DNA of 53,718 nt. Origin: a virus (lineage: Duplodnaviria > Caudoviricetes). Each line of letters starts with the position of its first letter. Position 1 is the first letter of the stretch. Below are positions 1 through 8,742 of the stretch, piece after piece. Where the stretch lies: the IMG/VR virus record IMGVR_UViG_3300030380_002559, positions 1 to 53,718 of that record; one strand, written 5' to 3'. The notes under the pieces are model-generated. The model did no database searches and had not been told where the DNA came from. It was given only the letters and a program-made list of their open reading frames with translations. The translations under genes were made by a program, and so were the position numbers.

Positions 1-1583
1 GTCCCACTATCATCACGCCCTTGAAAAACTGCAATAGTGTGCCAGCCGACGGCAAGGTTTGATGTTATGACATTTCGATCCACGACGCGAATCACGCCAT
101 CCCTGTCGGGCAGCTTTATGAACCTGTTTGCCGTAGGCGTAAGTGGGTTGAGATAAGTGGAGTAACTGCCGTTGTACTGATACCAAGCAATTTGTTGTTC
201 TGAGTTAAGCAGAAAATAATATGGATCAAATATAAAGGTGGTTGCGCTTGCTCCAGCTTCTAGCTGGGCAAATTGTATCCTGCCGTCTTCAGTGCCGTCA
301 CTTACGTCCATTGATATTAACTGAATTGTGTTGTAAGTAACCTGTTGACCAGCATCGTTGTGGCCTTGAAAATATAAATTTGTAGTTGTGTCGTAATCTA
401 CAACATTACTCGTGTTATAGTCTTGGAAGTAAAGCGATGGTTTATTATCTGTATCGTCACCGCGAATAATCAGGTCGTTGACATCTATCCGGCCATAGGT
501 GCCGTCAGAGAAAATCTCCATGTCATCGCCAGCACCAAACTTTAGCTTGGCGTTGTCGGCAAGTTCAAAGGCGTTATCGCTTTTGTCCCACAAGACGTTG
601 TAGCTTGCGCCAGTGAAGGTAACGTCGCCATCGTGTGTCGCACCGTCATCTGTAACTGTACCAGTTACATCAATGCCACCGCTGGTTGTTTCCAGTTTCT
701 TGGCGTTGTCGTAGTAAAGTTCGACTGCGCCGTCTTCGGTAGCCTTCAGCATAGTTTCTGAATTTGCCGCGTTTAACAACGTGATGAGGTTGCCAATTAT
801 GCGTAACCCGCCTGTACCTGCGTCTTGGATGTAACTTATACTTCCGTTGTGAAAAATCTTAAGGTCCGCGCCAGCACCAAAAGTAGCCGACGCATTATCA
901 GCAAACTCTAGTGCGTCGTCACTAGCATCCCACACAACATTGTAGTTTGCGCCTGTCAGGGTAAGGTCATCTGTAAAGGTAGTGCCTGTGCTGGTCGTCT
1001 CTATACGGTCAGAGCCTGCATACATGACCTTGAAATGGCCATCATCCCCGCCAAACTCGGCTATGACTGTGGTGTTTTCTGAGCGTTCAATCCTCAAATC
1101 ATTTGGGGAGGTGCGATAAATTAGATCAACGCCATTTGTGGTGCTTGAATAGTCAGTGCCGTCTCGGTAGCGGATGAAGTTGGGTCCACCGCCGCCTATG
1201 TCAAGAACCGGGTCACTGCCATTGCTCGTAATTTTTATTCGATGTGAATTATCAAACTCAATGTCCCCATCCGCATTTAGGAACACCGCCTTCTCTGCTG
1301 GCTGCGTACAAAAAATGGTGCGTGTGCCGGAACTCCAGCTTACGGCATTGTCAGAGTTACTGGACTGAAGGATTGTTGTACGAGCTAACGTCGTGCCGGA
1401 CGCCGTATAAGTGCCGATACCGACCTCAAAGTCAGTGCCGTCCGTACAGGCGTAATATGTCGTGTTGCCGTTACCTATCTCAGAGAACGCCTCAAAACCA
1501 GAAACGGCACCGGCCAAAGTGTATGTGCCAGTGCCGGTGGTGCTAGTCGTCTCCTTGACGCGGTCCTTCAGAACCAGTGCCAT
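1..1583 (-). CDS. Tail fibre protein, 3' end truncated by window edge (not in ORF track)
   Basis: ATG at 1583 directly after the stop of the upstream gene. Reads MALVLKDRVKETTSTTGTGTYTLAGAVSGFEAF... and stays open to the window edge (>527 codons). Internal repeat xTxTGAxYNVxWDxSDxAxExADNAxxxFGAGxDxxIF occurs twice. Confidence 0.8.
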   Translation of the reverse strand, partial: MALVLKDRVKETTSTTGTGTYTLAGAVSGFEAFSEIGNGNTTYYACTDGTDFEVGIGTYTASGTTLARTTILQSSNSDNAVSWSSGTRTIFCTQPAEKAVFLNADGDIEFDNSHRIKITSNGSDPVLDIGGGGPNFIRYRDGTDYSSTTNGVDLIYRTSPNDLRIERSENTTVIAEFGGDDGHFKVMYAGSDRIETTSTGTTFTDDLTLTGANYNVVWDASDDALEFADNASATFGAGADLKIFHNGSISYIQDAGTGGLRIIGNLITLLNAANSETMLKATEDGAVELYYDNAKKLETTSGGIDVTGTVTDDGATHDGDVTFTGASYNVLWDKSDNAFELADNAKLKFGAGDDMEIFSDGTYGRIDVNDLIIRGDDTDNKPSLYFQDYNTSNVVDYDTTTNLYFQGHNDAGQQVTYNTIQLISMDVSDGTEDGRIQFAQLEAGASATTFIFDPYYFLLNSEQQIAWYQYNGSYSTYLNPLTPTANRFIKLPDRDGVIRVVDRNVITSNLAVGWHTIAVFQGRDDSG

Positions 1584-1584
1584 T

Positions 1585-2058
1585 TTACTTCAACTCAATA
1601 GTCAGGTTTGTTGCGTTGATGCGGAAGATGTCCCCGGTGGCGATTGCCTTGCTTGCGTCCAGCGCACCTATGAACAGGACGTTACCACCAGACCCCAGCG
1701 TGTCTAGACTATCTGTCTGATGAGTTGCTATGAACACATGAGTAATTGTGTTGTTTGTTCCACCGGACGCTGCGAAATCTATGTTGCTGGTGTTCTTACA
1801 GGTCTGCGTATTGGCGGTGTCTGTGGTTAGGGTCCAAGCAGAAGCTGCAACTTGTACCCTTGCATAATTGGTGAAGGTAGCTTCCGTTATAGCCGGAGTT
1901 CCAGATTCACCCGTTGAATCATCAAAATTGGATACCGCTGTTGCTAGCCCAACAAAAATGTTGTCACCCGGTGAGCTAAAAGATGCGGCGTTGTTTTTGA
2001 AAATAAAGCTTAAAAGCCTGTTTTCCAAAAAACTGGTTGCTGCGTTTGCTGTAGCCAT
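1585..2058 (-). CDS. Virion/tail-associated structural protein
   Basis: 157-aa ORF with RBS AAGGAG. Motifs (NYARV, ITH, IFRI...NLTIEL) resemble conserved phage tail-region proteins. Confidence 0.6.
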   Translation of the reverse strand: MATANAATSFLENRLLSFIFKNNAASFSSPGDNIFVGLATAVSNFDDSTGESGTPAITEATFTNYARVQVAASAWTLTTDTANTQTCKNTSNIDFAASGGTNNTITHVFIATHQTDSLDTLGSGGNVLFIGALDASKAIATGDIFRINATNLTIELK

Positions 2059-2070
2059 CGTTTCTTCTCC

Positions 2071-2718
2071 TTATGTCCGAGGCCGATCCGGCAGACCTCT
2101 ACGATAAGCGTCTGCATTTTCTCTCGCTTCCGCGAGATCCTTCAATCTACTAAGAGCTTCGGTGAACTGCTTTTCGTACAACTGAAGCATATCAGGCTCA
2201 CCCTTCATGAAAACATACGCTTCATACAAAGATCCGTAAAGCAAAGCATTAGGGGCGTTTGTACTCAGCCAAGTCGTGCCACTGTCAGCACCTGCGGTAA
2301 GAGAGGCTGGACGATAAAAATAATGAAACTCACAAACATAGTTACTGTCAGGGGTGGGAGCCAAAATCAGATTATCAACATCAAACCTAGCGTAGTATTT
2401 AGGCGTACCTGTAGTGGCTGAATTAGGATTATATTCCTGTATGAAGTTGACATCCTTTTGCAACAGGAACTCTTTGGAACCACTGTTCGTTAGAGACAAT
2501 GAAAAGGAAGCTAAAAAATCCGTTGGTAAGGACAGAAACGGATCAGTCTGTGTCATTGCACTTGTGGCGTTTTTACGAAAATACTCAAGATCAACCAGAT
2601 AAAAGACGCGATCTTCCGCAGAGCGAATGAAGTCATCAAGGTTTGACACAAAGGCCGTCTCTGTGTTTTCCGTATACTCTTGTATGGCGGTCTTTAATTG
2701 TGCGTAGGTGTAAGCCAT
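2071..2718 (-). CDS. Head-tail adaptor-like protein
   Basis: MAYTYAQLKTAIQEY...GTPKYYA...LAPTPD...LLYGSL pattern of podovirus adaptor proteins; position in the structural block. Confidence 0.6.
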   Translation of the reverse strand: MAYTYAQLKTAIQEYTENTETAFVSNLDDFIRSAEDRVFYLVDLEYFRKNATSAMTQTDPFLSLPTDFLASFSLSLTNSGSKEFLLQKDVNFIQEYNPNSATTGTPKYYARFDVDNLILAPTPDSNYVCEFHYFYRPASLTAGADSGTTWLSTNAPNALLYGSLYEAYVFMKGEPDMLQLYEKQFTEALSRLKDLAEARENADAYRRGLPDRPRT

Positions 2719-2727
2719 TTTATTTTC

Positions 2728-3381
2728 CTACACTATCGTGATGTTTCCAACCATCGAAGAATGGTTGGTGCATTGATACACAAGCGACGTGTCGCTTGGT
2801 TCGTGCGGAACGATGAACTGCGTCAGGCCAGTGGTAGAGTTGTAATTTTCTGTAACACCAGTTGTGAAAGCAGAGCCACCATTGGATGTTCTGATTTGCA
2901 GCGGGTGGCTACTCACGTTGGCAGTGTTGTCAATCAGGTAAGTATGACCCTTATAGAAAGTGAAGTTTGGATTGTCGCCTGAAGTAGCACCCGGACCAGT
3001 GAAAGTGTATGCCGAGCTTCCGTTAGTGCCAGCAGTGTACTTTGTTACCGGACCTGTGGTTTCATCATTCAACCTTATCCAAGCGCCGCCATGAGCGAAA
3101 TAGAGACCACCTGTAGCGTGAACGTGAGCCACAGCCCCATGATAAGTTGATGCACTAGGCAAATCACTTAGGTTGGCATAGTAAAATACGATCTTGTTAG
3201 CACCAGAGCTAACATCGAGAAGTCCGTTGGCGTCTATGATATCAGTCAATACGCTGGAACTGTTTCCTAGCGCAGCGTAAATCTCGTTAAAATTATCGTT
3301 TATCTTGTCAGCGCCAGCACGAAGAGTGTCTCCGGTGCCGTCATTAGCGCTCGACCCTATTCCTACTGCCTGCTTTGCCAT
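2728..3381 (-). CDS. Virion protein: T4 gp9/gp10-like N-terminal anchor plus C-terminal cupredoxin-like domain
   Basis: N-term ANDGTGDTLRAGADKINDNFNEIY; C-term SHPL...YQCTNHSSMVGNI. Confidence 0.6.
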   Translation of the reverse strand: MAKQAVGIGSSANDGTGDTLRAGADKINDNFNEIYAALGNSSSVLTDIIDANGLLDVSSGANKIVFYYANLSDLPSASTYHGAVAHVHATGGLYFAHGGAWIRLNDETTGPVTKYTAGTNGSSAYTFTGPGATSGDNPNFTFYKGHTYLIDNTANVSSHPLQIRTSNGGSAFTTGVTENYNSTTGLTQFIVPHEPSDTSLVYQCTNHSSMVGNITIV

Positions 3382-4002
3382 TTAACCCTCGTCAAAAGTT
3401 TTGGTGCTTGAATCCAGCGTAATGCTGGATGAATCAAATGTCGTGGTACTAGTGACCACACTGGCTGAAACAGTTAGCGTGAATACCGCGCTTATTGTTG
3501 CTGCGACTCCTGCGAGTTCCGACCCAACAGTTGCATTTTTACCTCCCCCGCGTTGACCACCCGTGGTTGCTGTGCCGGACGAGGCCGTAAACGTATAAGT
3601 ATCAGCGTCTGTAACTGTGATCGAATAGCCTGAACTTTTTTCAAGAGTACTGCTGCTAAACCCATCAAAACCTGTTACCTTTCTAAAACGAACTTTATCT
3701 CCAGAGACTCTTCCATGGCCAACCTCTTTTAATGTAATTACCGCGCTTCCTGAAGAGCCAGATGTAAAGGGGTCTTGTGTTAGTATTCGCTCTGAACCCG
3801 GTTCCGTCCTATCAGAACGAGCGTCTTTCAAGGCTATGTCGTCGGATAAATCTCTAGTCGGTTCTAACTGCGGGTGTTTAGCTTCAAACTCACTTATATG
3901 AACGATTGCGCCATTCCACTCGCGCACCCGTTCAGAATACGGAAAGGCAAAACCGCTTCGATCAGAAATAAACTTAGCGTGTTTTCCAGACGCAAACCCC
4001 AT
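3382..4002 (-). CDS. Conserved phage virion protein
   Basis: N-term ISDRSGFAFPY...EWNG...EFEAKHPQ is conserved in marine phages; followed by a Ser/Thr/Gly-rich beta domain. Confidence 0.55.
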   Translation of the reverse strand: MGFASGKHAKFISDRSGFAFPYSERVREWNGAIVHISEFEAKHPQLEPTRDLSDDIALKDARSDRTEPGSERILTQDPFTSGSSGSAVITLKEVGHGRVSGDKVRFRKVTGFDGFSSSTLEKSSGYSITVTDADTYTFTASSGTATTGGQRGGGKNATVGSELAGVAATISAVFTLTVSASVVTSTTTFDSSSITLDSSTKTFDEG

Positions 4003-4661
4003 CAGCTAATAATCCTCGGAACTAAACGAAGACTCGCTCTGTCTCGATCTTCTGACGCAGCTCGCGCAAATTCTTCATCGTACACGCCTTTTAGAAGTGC
4101 GACTCGGTCAGGGGCTATTTTCATGCTAAGATAGTAGGCCAACCCTGCGACTAAACAAGGGAAAAACCTAAACGGAAGATCAAAATCGTTCGTGTATATA
4201 TCAGCATCGTCTATGCGAACTAAGCGATAATAAATAATTTTATCAGTAGAGTTTTCTGGTGCTTGCCATAAGTTTACAACAGGATTTACCTGTCTATCTA
4301 CAAAAAACTGGGAAGGCTTACCTTTATCTGATTTAGTGGGAATGTTTAAATACTCACCACGACCGATGCGAGTCATAGTTGTGTCGGTACTACCTCTACG
4401 AAGAACCATTTCTAAGATATCAATCGTATCCGCGCCAAGCGTATAGCTAGAGGTTCCTTCAGTCAAAGTAGTAGTGACCTGTTCAATAGTAAACAGGTTG
4501 ACGCCTCGATTCGCCCACTCAGCTAACATGAGGTTTAAGGAACGTCGCGCAGTGCGGAGACTATATCCAGTACGAACCTCTACACCACAACGCTCGTATG
4601 CTTCTTCTATTGCGTCGGAAACATCAATATTAAAATTCCGAGAGCCAGAAACAGCCATCAC
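4002..4661 (-). CDS. Head completion/tail-connector-like protein
   Basis: IEEAYERCG...ARRSLNLMLAEWANRG...GLAYYLS pattern; translationally coupled to its neighbours. Confidence 0.55.
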   Translation of the reverse strand: MMAVSGSRNFNIDVSDAIEEAYERCGVEVRTGYSLRTARRSLNLMLAEWANRGVNLFTIEQVTTTLTEGTSSYTLGADTIDILEMVLRRGSTDTTMTRIGRGEYLNIPTKSDKGKPSQFFVDRQVNPVVNLWQAPENSTDKIIYYRLVRIDDADIYTNDFDLPFRFFPCLVAGLAYYLSMKIAPDRVALLKGVYDEEFARAASEDRDRASLRLVPRIIS

Positions 4662-5338
4662 TCATCTTTCGCATACAAATTATCGAAAATTTGATTCACG
4701 TCCATAGTATAGTCTAAATCAGATTTTGAATAGTGAATATGCTGTGATGGACGAAAATCTGGAGGTCCATTACCCGTTTCAAACCACGCAGGATGCGTAA
4801 CTCGAACTCGATTATTTGGTAGAGCTACAATATTTCCTGTCCATTTTCCTGCGTCTAAAAGCTCTAAAACATGGCTTTGTTTATGTTGAGCAGGGTCGTC
4901 AGCTATTTCGCTTTCTGTGTAATCCACTGTGAAATAGTATTTCGCGGGATAGAACTCACCATCAATTTTTGCTAACCACGGACAAGGATGCGCACGATCT
5001 AAACGATAAACACTATGCGTATGCGACATACAGTCCCAAGGTTGAGCAAAATGAACAGGCATCGGTTCTGGCCACTTTTCTAGTGGCGTATCACCGACTA
5101 AGGCAGTTATAGGCATTCTCGCCCACATGGCACCACCATGAACGTTCTGTTCGTCTGACTCTTCGTCCACCTCAAATCCTGTAAACAACATTTGAAAACT
5201 CAAACAACGACTCGGCATAGTCGTCACCGCAATCGCCATGGCGTGTAAAAACTCGCCGTGATATTTCATATGGTTATGCGTGTACTCCCGCCGCACCCAA
5301 CATTTAAAGTGCGTGATATTACTCTGAAGATATGGCAA
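4658..5338 (-). CDS. Conserved hypothetical phage protein (His/Trp/Cys-rich)
   Basis: 226-aa ORF coupled to neighbouring genes; no recognised function. Confidence 0.7.
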   Translation of the reverse strand: MPYLQSNITHFKCWVRREYTHNHMKYHGEFLHAMAIAVTTMPSRCLSFQMLFTGFEVDEESDEQNVHGGAMWARMPITALVGDTPLEKWPEPMPVHFAQPWDCMSHTHSVYRLDRAHPCPWLAKIDGEFYPAKYYFTVDYTESEIADDPAQHKQSHVLELLDAGKWTGNIVALPNNRVRVTHPAWFETGNGPPDFRPSQHIHYSKSDLDYTMDVNQIFDNLYAKDE

Positions 5339-5339
5339 T

Positions 5340-5636
5340 TTATTTTCCGGCTTTTACTCTTTTAATCGCAGAATTAAGACCACCTGCAGAACCGCCTTTC
5401 GCCCTACGACGAACGCCACCAGCTGCTCCACCCTTGGCCATACCTTTAGGACGACCACCGCCCATCATTCGTGCGACCATTTTTTCGTCGGCAGGACCAC
5501 CCATTGCCATTGCCGAAACATCAACAATTTTACCGGGGTTAAGTTCTTCAGCCATTACGCCGCCAGCTGCGCCGCCTTTAGCGCGTCTTTTAACGCCGCC
5601 AGCTACGCCGCCTTTAGCCATTCCTTTTTTCTTCAT
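5340..5636 (-). CDS. Small basic Gly/Lys-rich protein with (M/R)AKGG repeats
   Basis: ATGA overlap with the upstream gene; internal duplication MAKGGxAGGVxRRAKGG. Confidence 0.7.
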   Translation of the reverse strand: MKKKGMAKGGVAGGVKRRAKGGAAGGVMAEELNPGKIVDVSAMAMGGPADEKMVARMMGGGRPKGMAKGGAAGGVRRRAKGGSAGGLNSAIKRVKAGK

Positions 5637-5920
5637 GATTTTTTCCTTTTTCTTCTCAAAGCCTTTACATTACGAGGCTTGCCTTTTGTGGGTTGGCCTA
5701 ATTTTACTTTCTGACGTATCCTACTTCTTTTTTCGGAAGCCGACAACTCTCCTGTTGTTTTAGGAGTTTTAGAGGAAATACGCTTAGAAGGACGGCAATA
5801 AGGAGTTCCGCGCTTTTCACCCTTCTTTCTGCCACATTTCTTGCCAGTGCGTACATCTTTCCAATCTTCTTTAAACCACCTTTTTAAAGCAAGACCCGCT
5901 TTTGTTTTCCGAACAGCCAT
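5633..5920 (-). CDS. Small basic protein (DUF5872-like)
   Basis: LKRWFKEDWKDV...CGR...YCRPSKRISSKTPKT motif; RBS GAGG. Confidence 0.65.
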   Translation of the reverse strand: MAVRKTKAGLALKRWFKEDWKDVRTGKKCGRKKGEKRGTPYCRPSKRISSKTPKTTGELSASEKRSRIRQKVKLGQPTKGKPRNVKALRRKRKKS

Positions 5921-5927
5921 AAGAACC

Positions 5928-6218
5928 TCAAGCGTATTTTGTTACTTTTCTTCTGTCCGGCATGACTTTTCCGCATCCTCGTGCAACATTTTTTTGAGAG
6001 CTAGCTCTTTTTCTACTATTCGCTGCACGTTCCAGTGCTTTGCCATAGCCACCTCCAGCCGCTCTCGCGACTTTAGAAGACGATTTTTTACGTTTTTTAG
6101 AGTTTCCGTAGTTAGCTGCTCCGACTTTTCGGCATTTAGCAATCGCTCCAGACGCATACGCTGATGGGAAGACCTTATAGCGAGCTTTAACTTTTCGGTA
6201 ACAAGCATCTTTAGGCAC
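5928..6218 (-). CDS. Small basic protein
   Basis: KDACYRKVKARYKVFPSAYASGAIAKCRK motif recurrent in marine phages; GTG start. Confidence 0.65.
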   Translation of the reverse strand: MPKDACYRKVKARYKVFPSAYASGAIAKCRKVGAANYGNSKKRKKSSSKVARAAGGGYGKALERAANSRKRASSQKNVARGCGKVMPDRRKVTKYA

Positions 6219-6360
6219 GTCGCGAGCTCCTCTTCTTTTTCCCGTAATTTTTAAATTTTTTATTTTTTACTAAAGTTCCTAAAGACCGCGCTTGCTTTGC
6301 ATGAAGTTTAGATGCTTTTTTTAAACCTTTTATGACCTTTTTAACTTTTTTTACGTGCAT
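6211..6360 (-). CDS. Small Lys-rich protein
   Basis: ATG at 6360 after GGGAG: MHVKKVKKVIKGLKKASKLHAKQARSL... Confidence 0.55.
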   Translation of the reverse strand: MHVKKVKKVIKGLKKASKLHAKQARSLGTLVKNKKFKNYGKKKRSSRRA

Positions 6361-6505
6361 TTTTTCTTCTCCCGGCACAATGTGCTCGCTCACTAAACCC
6401 ACGTGGCCGTTTACAATCTACAGATTTTTTTCGTTTTGCGCTCCATTTACGTTTTTGTGGCGGCTTAGAAACCTGTTGCCGCATTTGTGAGCGACCAATT
6501 ACCAT
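6341..6505 (-). CDS. Small basic protein
   Basis: ATG at 6505 overlaps the upstream TGA (TGATG); MVIGRSQM...KWSAKRKKSVDCKRPRGFSERAHCAGR. Confidence 0.6.
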   Translation of the reverse strand: MVIGRSQMRQQVSKPPQKRKWSAKRKKSVDCKRPRGFSERAHCAGRRKNARKKS

Positions 6506-6663
6506 CAGATAAGTTGCTCCAACCCCGCAGCTAATACGACCAAAATCATTAACCCCCACATTCGATTATCAAGGGACTTTAATTTATCTTGTATATCAGC
6601 ATACCGACTGCTGCAGTCTGCTTCGTGCTTTTCTAACAGTTTTAGAACTTCTTCGGCCTTCAT
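6505..6663 (-). CDS. 52-aa coiled-coil plus single-TM membrane protein (not in ORF track)
   Basis: MKAEEVLKLLEKHEADCSSRYADIQDKLKSLDNRMWGLMILVVLAAGLEQLI; TAATG and TGATG overlaps with both neighbours. Confidence 0.7.
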   Translation of the reverse strand: MKAEEVLKLLEKHEADCSSRYADIQDKLKSLDNRMWGLMILVVLAAGLEQLI

Positions 6664-6947
6664 TAACACTTCCACCTTCTACGAGCTTGGCGCAGCCGTG
6701 AATTAGGATTCTTTGCTGCTTTAGGAAACTTTTTCATCTGACCAGCAGAGCGAGCGCAAAATGACTTACGACGATTAGCTGCTTTGCTGCCCTTCTTCAC
6801 TTTTCCTGTTACAGCTGTTTTTAATTTCGAACCGGGGTTCGCTCGCCTATAAGCAGCAACCCCAGCCCTAGTCATCCCCGCCCCAGACTTCGTGGAGCGG
6901 AAATTCTTTTTGTTTCTTGGCGGCATTTTCGCTTTTTTACGCGCCAT
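6663..6947 (-). CDS. Small basic protein (DUF6321-like)
   Basis: NPGSKLK...RRKSFCARS...PNSRL...ARRRWKC motif. Confidence 0.65.
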   Translation of the reverse strand: MARKKAKMPPRNKKNFRSTKSGAGMTRAGVAAYRRANPGSKLKTAVTGKVKKGSKAANRRKSFCARSAGQMKKFPKAAKNPNSRLRQARRRWKC

Positions 6948-6950
6948 ATT

Positions 6951-7226
6951 CTATCCAAAGAACGCTGTAACTGAATCTACGTTCGTAAGAGTAACATGGC
7001 AACCGTCTTCGAAAATTATTCCATTATCTGGAATATTAATTTGAGTATCGTCTCCTGCTACAAAAGTCATTGTTAGTAGCGTTGTGCCAGACCCCCCGCC
7101 AGTTCTAAACACAGCAGCAGGACTACCGCTACTAGCGCTTCGTATGACGAAAGATTTAAGACGAGTCCTACCGCCAATCAGCAAACCTGTACTGGTCGCT
7201 GTTTTAGCAAAAATGGAGCCTGCCAT
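6951..7226 (-). CDS. Small virion structural protein
   Basis: Strong RBS AGGAGG; beta-rich; downstream of the capsid genes. Confidence 0.55.
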   Translation of the reverse strand: MAGSIFAKTATSTGLLIGGRTRLKSFVIRSASSGSPAAVFRTGGGSGTTLLTMTFVAGDDTQINIPDNGIIFEDGCHVTLTNVDSVTAFFG

Positions 7227-7238
7227 CGCAACCTCCTA

Positions 7239-7709
7239 TTAGCTGTCAGCGAACGGTGTTGCCGCGCTGCCCGATCCTACAAGAACGCCCTGCACAAGAT
7301 ATACATTGTCTTCGATTGCAGTGACCTCAACGTAAGAACCCTTGTCGCCGCCAGTGGTGGAGCCATTCATCGAAATGACATCGTTGGTTGCGCCCGGTAC
7401 AAAAGTTGAGGAGGCGTTACTGCCGCCCATAACTTCCAGAGAGCCAACAAACTTGTCTGTGCCGTCTGTTTTGATGTCACAGTCTGTAGAGTCTGTGCCT
7501 ACAAAAAACGTATAACGAGCGCCAAGCGTGTCCGTTGTGATTGTGGGAAGGGTGATCGCACCGTCTGCATCATTTACCTTAATGATACGCCCGACATGAT
7601 CGTCATAGGTAAGAGTGGTTTCTGCGGTGATATTTACCATCGCATTAGCGCCCTGCGCGGTAAACCCGCGCTGAGAACGTACTGGACCTGAAAAGGTTGT
7701 TTTTGCCAT
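7239..7709 (-). CDS. Capsid fibre/decoration-like protein
   Basis: Start MAKTTFSGPVRS after CAGGAG; ITLP...YTFFVG...ATPFADS. Confidence 0.55.
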   Translation of the reverse strand: MAKTTFSGPVRSQRGFTAQGANAMVNITAETTLTYDDHVGRIIKVNDADGAITLPTITTDTLGARYTFFVGTDSTDCDIKTDGTDKFVGSLEVMGGSNASSTFVPGATNDVISMNGSTTGGDKGSYVEVTAIEDNVYLVQGVLVGSGSAATPFADS

Positions 7710-7770
7710 TTTATACTCCTGTCGCGGCAAGTGTCAGCCAAAGCTGTCAGGGACGTAGTTACTATAAACG

Positions 7771-7799
7771 AAAAAAGGGCGACTGAAAAGCCGCCCTTT
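7771..7799 (-). terminator. Intrinsic terminator after the major capsid gene
   Basis: AAAGGGCGGC-UUUUCA-GUCGCCCUUU followed by U-tract on the minus strand. Confidence 0.75.
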
Positions 7800-7818
7800 G
7801 ATCAAATGTTTCGAAGCT

Positions 7819-8727
7819 TTACGCTCCCGGTGAACCGAATACACAACGTGGATCAGAGAACCCGAAGCTATAGCGCTCACGAGCCTTGAACCGCATGTTT
7901 CCGGTATCAAAGTCACCTTCCATCTGGGTACGGATGGGAGCACGTTCAAAATGCTTAAATCCGTTAGGTGCGTCTGTCTTAATGAAAAACGCATCTGTAT
8001 CCGTAAGGAAGTGGTTAATAACATAACCCTCAGGCAACATACCTCTACTACGAAGCGCATTTACATCATTATCAGCAGTACCTGTACGCAGTGTAGAAGC
8101 TAACAACCTTTCTGCAACAAATTGAAGTGCAGGAGGTACAATCAACTTCATGCCGCGAAGAGCAATTTTCAACCCACGCTCATCAATAAACGCGGAGATG
8201 TCAATTAGCGACTGTTCAAGTGACGTTTCATTTAGGTCAGACGCAGTAGAAAGCTCGTTTCGCAACGTACCACCGCCAGAAAGTGGGTGGTCAGTTGCAC
8301 AAAGCTCTTTGCCGTCGCCCCCAGTAAAACTGGAGGAAAAAGCATTGTTAAGGACATTAGCAGCCTTAACTTGCTTTGTGTGAGCCATCGAACGAGCCAG
8401 TGCGCGAGTATAACGAGACGCCAAACGGTCGTACAAGTTATCTTCAATGGCTTCTTCAGTAATTGAGAAAGCCAAAGCAATGGTCTCGTGGGTGTAGCGA
8501 GAGGTGAATGATTCTTGAGCTGAATCAAAGTTTACCGCTCCACCTTCATTTTTTGTTGGTGCTGAACCAAAACCGGTCAACATCACTTCTTCTTCAAACG
8601 CTCGATCCGAAGATTCTGTGTCGAAGATTTCAGCATGTTCGTTTTCGTAACGACCATACTCCATGCCAAAGAGGGCATTGAGACCGGGCTCAAGCTCTTT
8701 AGCTAGTTGTGCGCGTGAAATAGGCAT
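7819..8727 (-). CDS. Major capsid protein
   Basis: MPISRAQLAKELEPGLNALFG...ITEEAIEDNLY...FKARERYSFGFSDPR; follows scaffold and decoration genes and is followed by a terminator. Confidence 0.9.
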   Translation of the reverse strand: MPISRAQLAKELEPGLNALFGMEYGRYENEHAEIFDTESSDRAFEEEVMLTGFGSAPTKNEGGAVNFDSAQESFTSRYTHETIALAFSITEEAIEDNLYDRLASRYTRALARSMAHTKQVKAANVLNNAFSSSFTGGDGKELCATDHPLSGGGTLRNELSTASDLNETSLEQSLIDISAFIDERGLKIALRGMKLIVPPALQFVAERLLASTLRTGTADNDVNALRSRGMLPEGYVINHFLTDTDAFFIKTDAPNGFKHFERAPIRTQMEGDFDTGNMRFKARERYSFGFSDPRCVFGSPGA

Positions 8728-8742
8728 TATCTAGCTCCCCTA

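Noticed and set aside
6341-6366. Programmed frameshift at A-runs joining two basic ORFs
   Set aside because: The downstream ORF has its own GGGAG-ATG, and the A-runs are explained by Lys codons.
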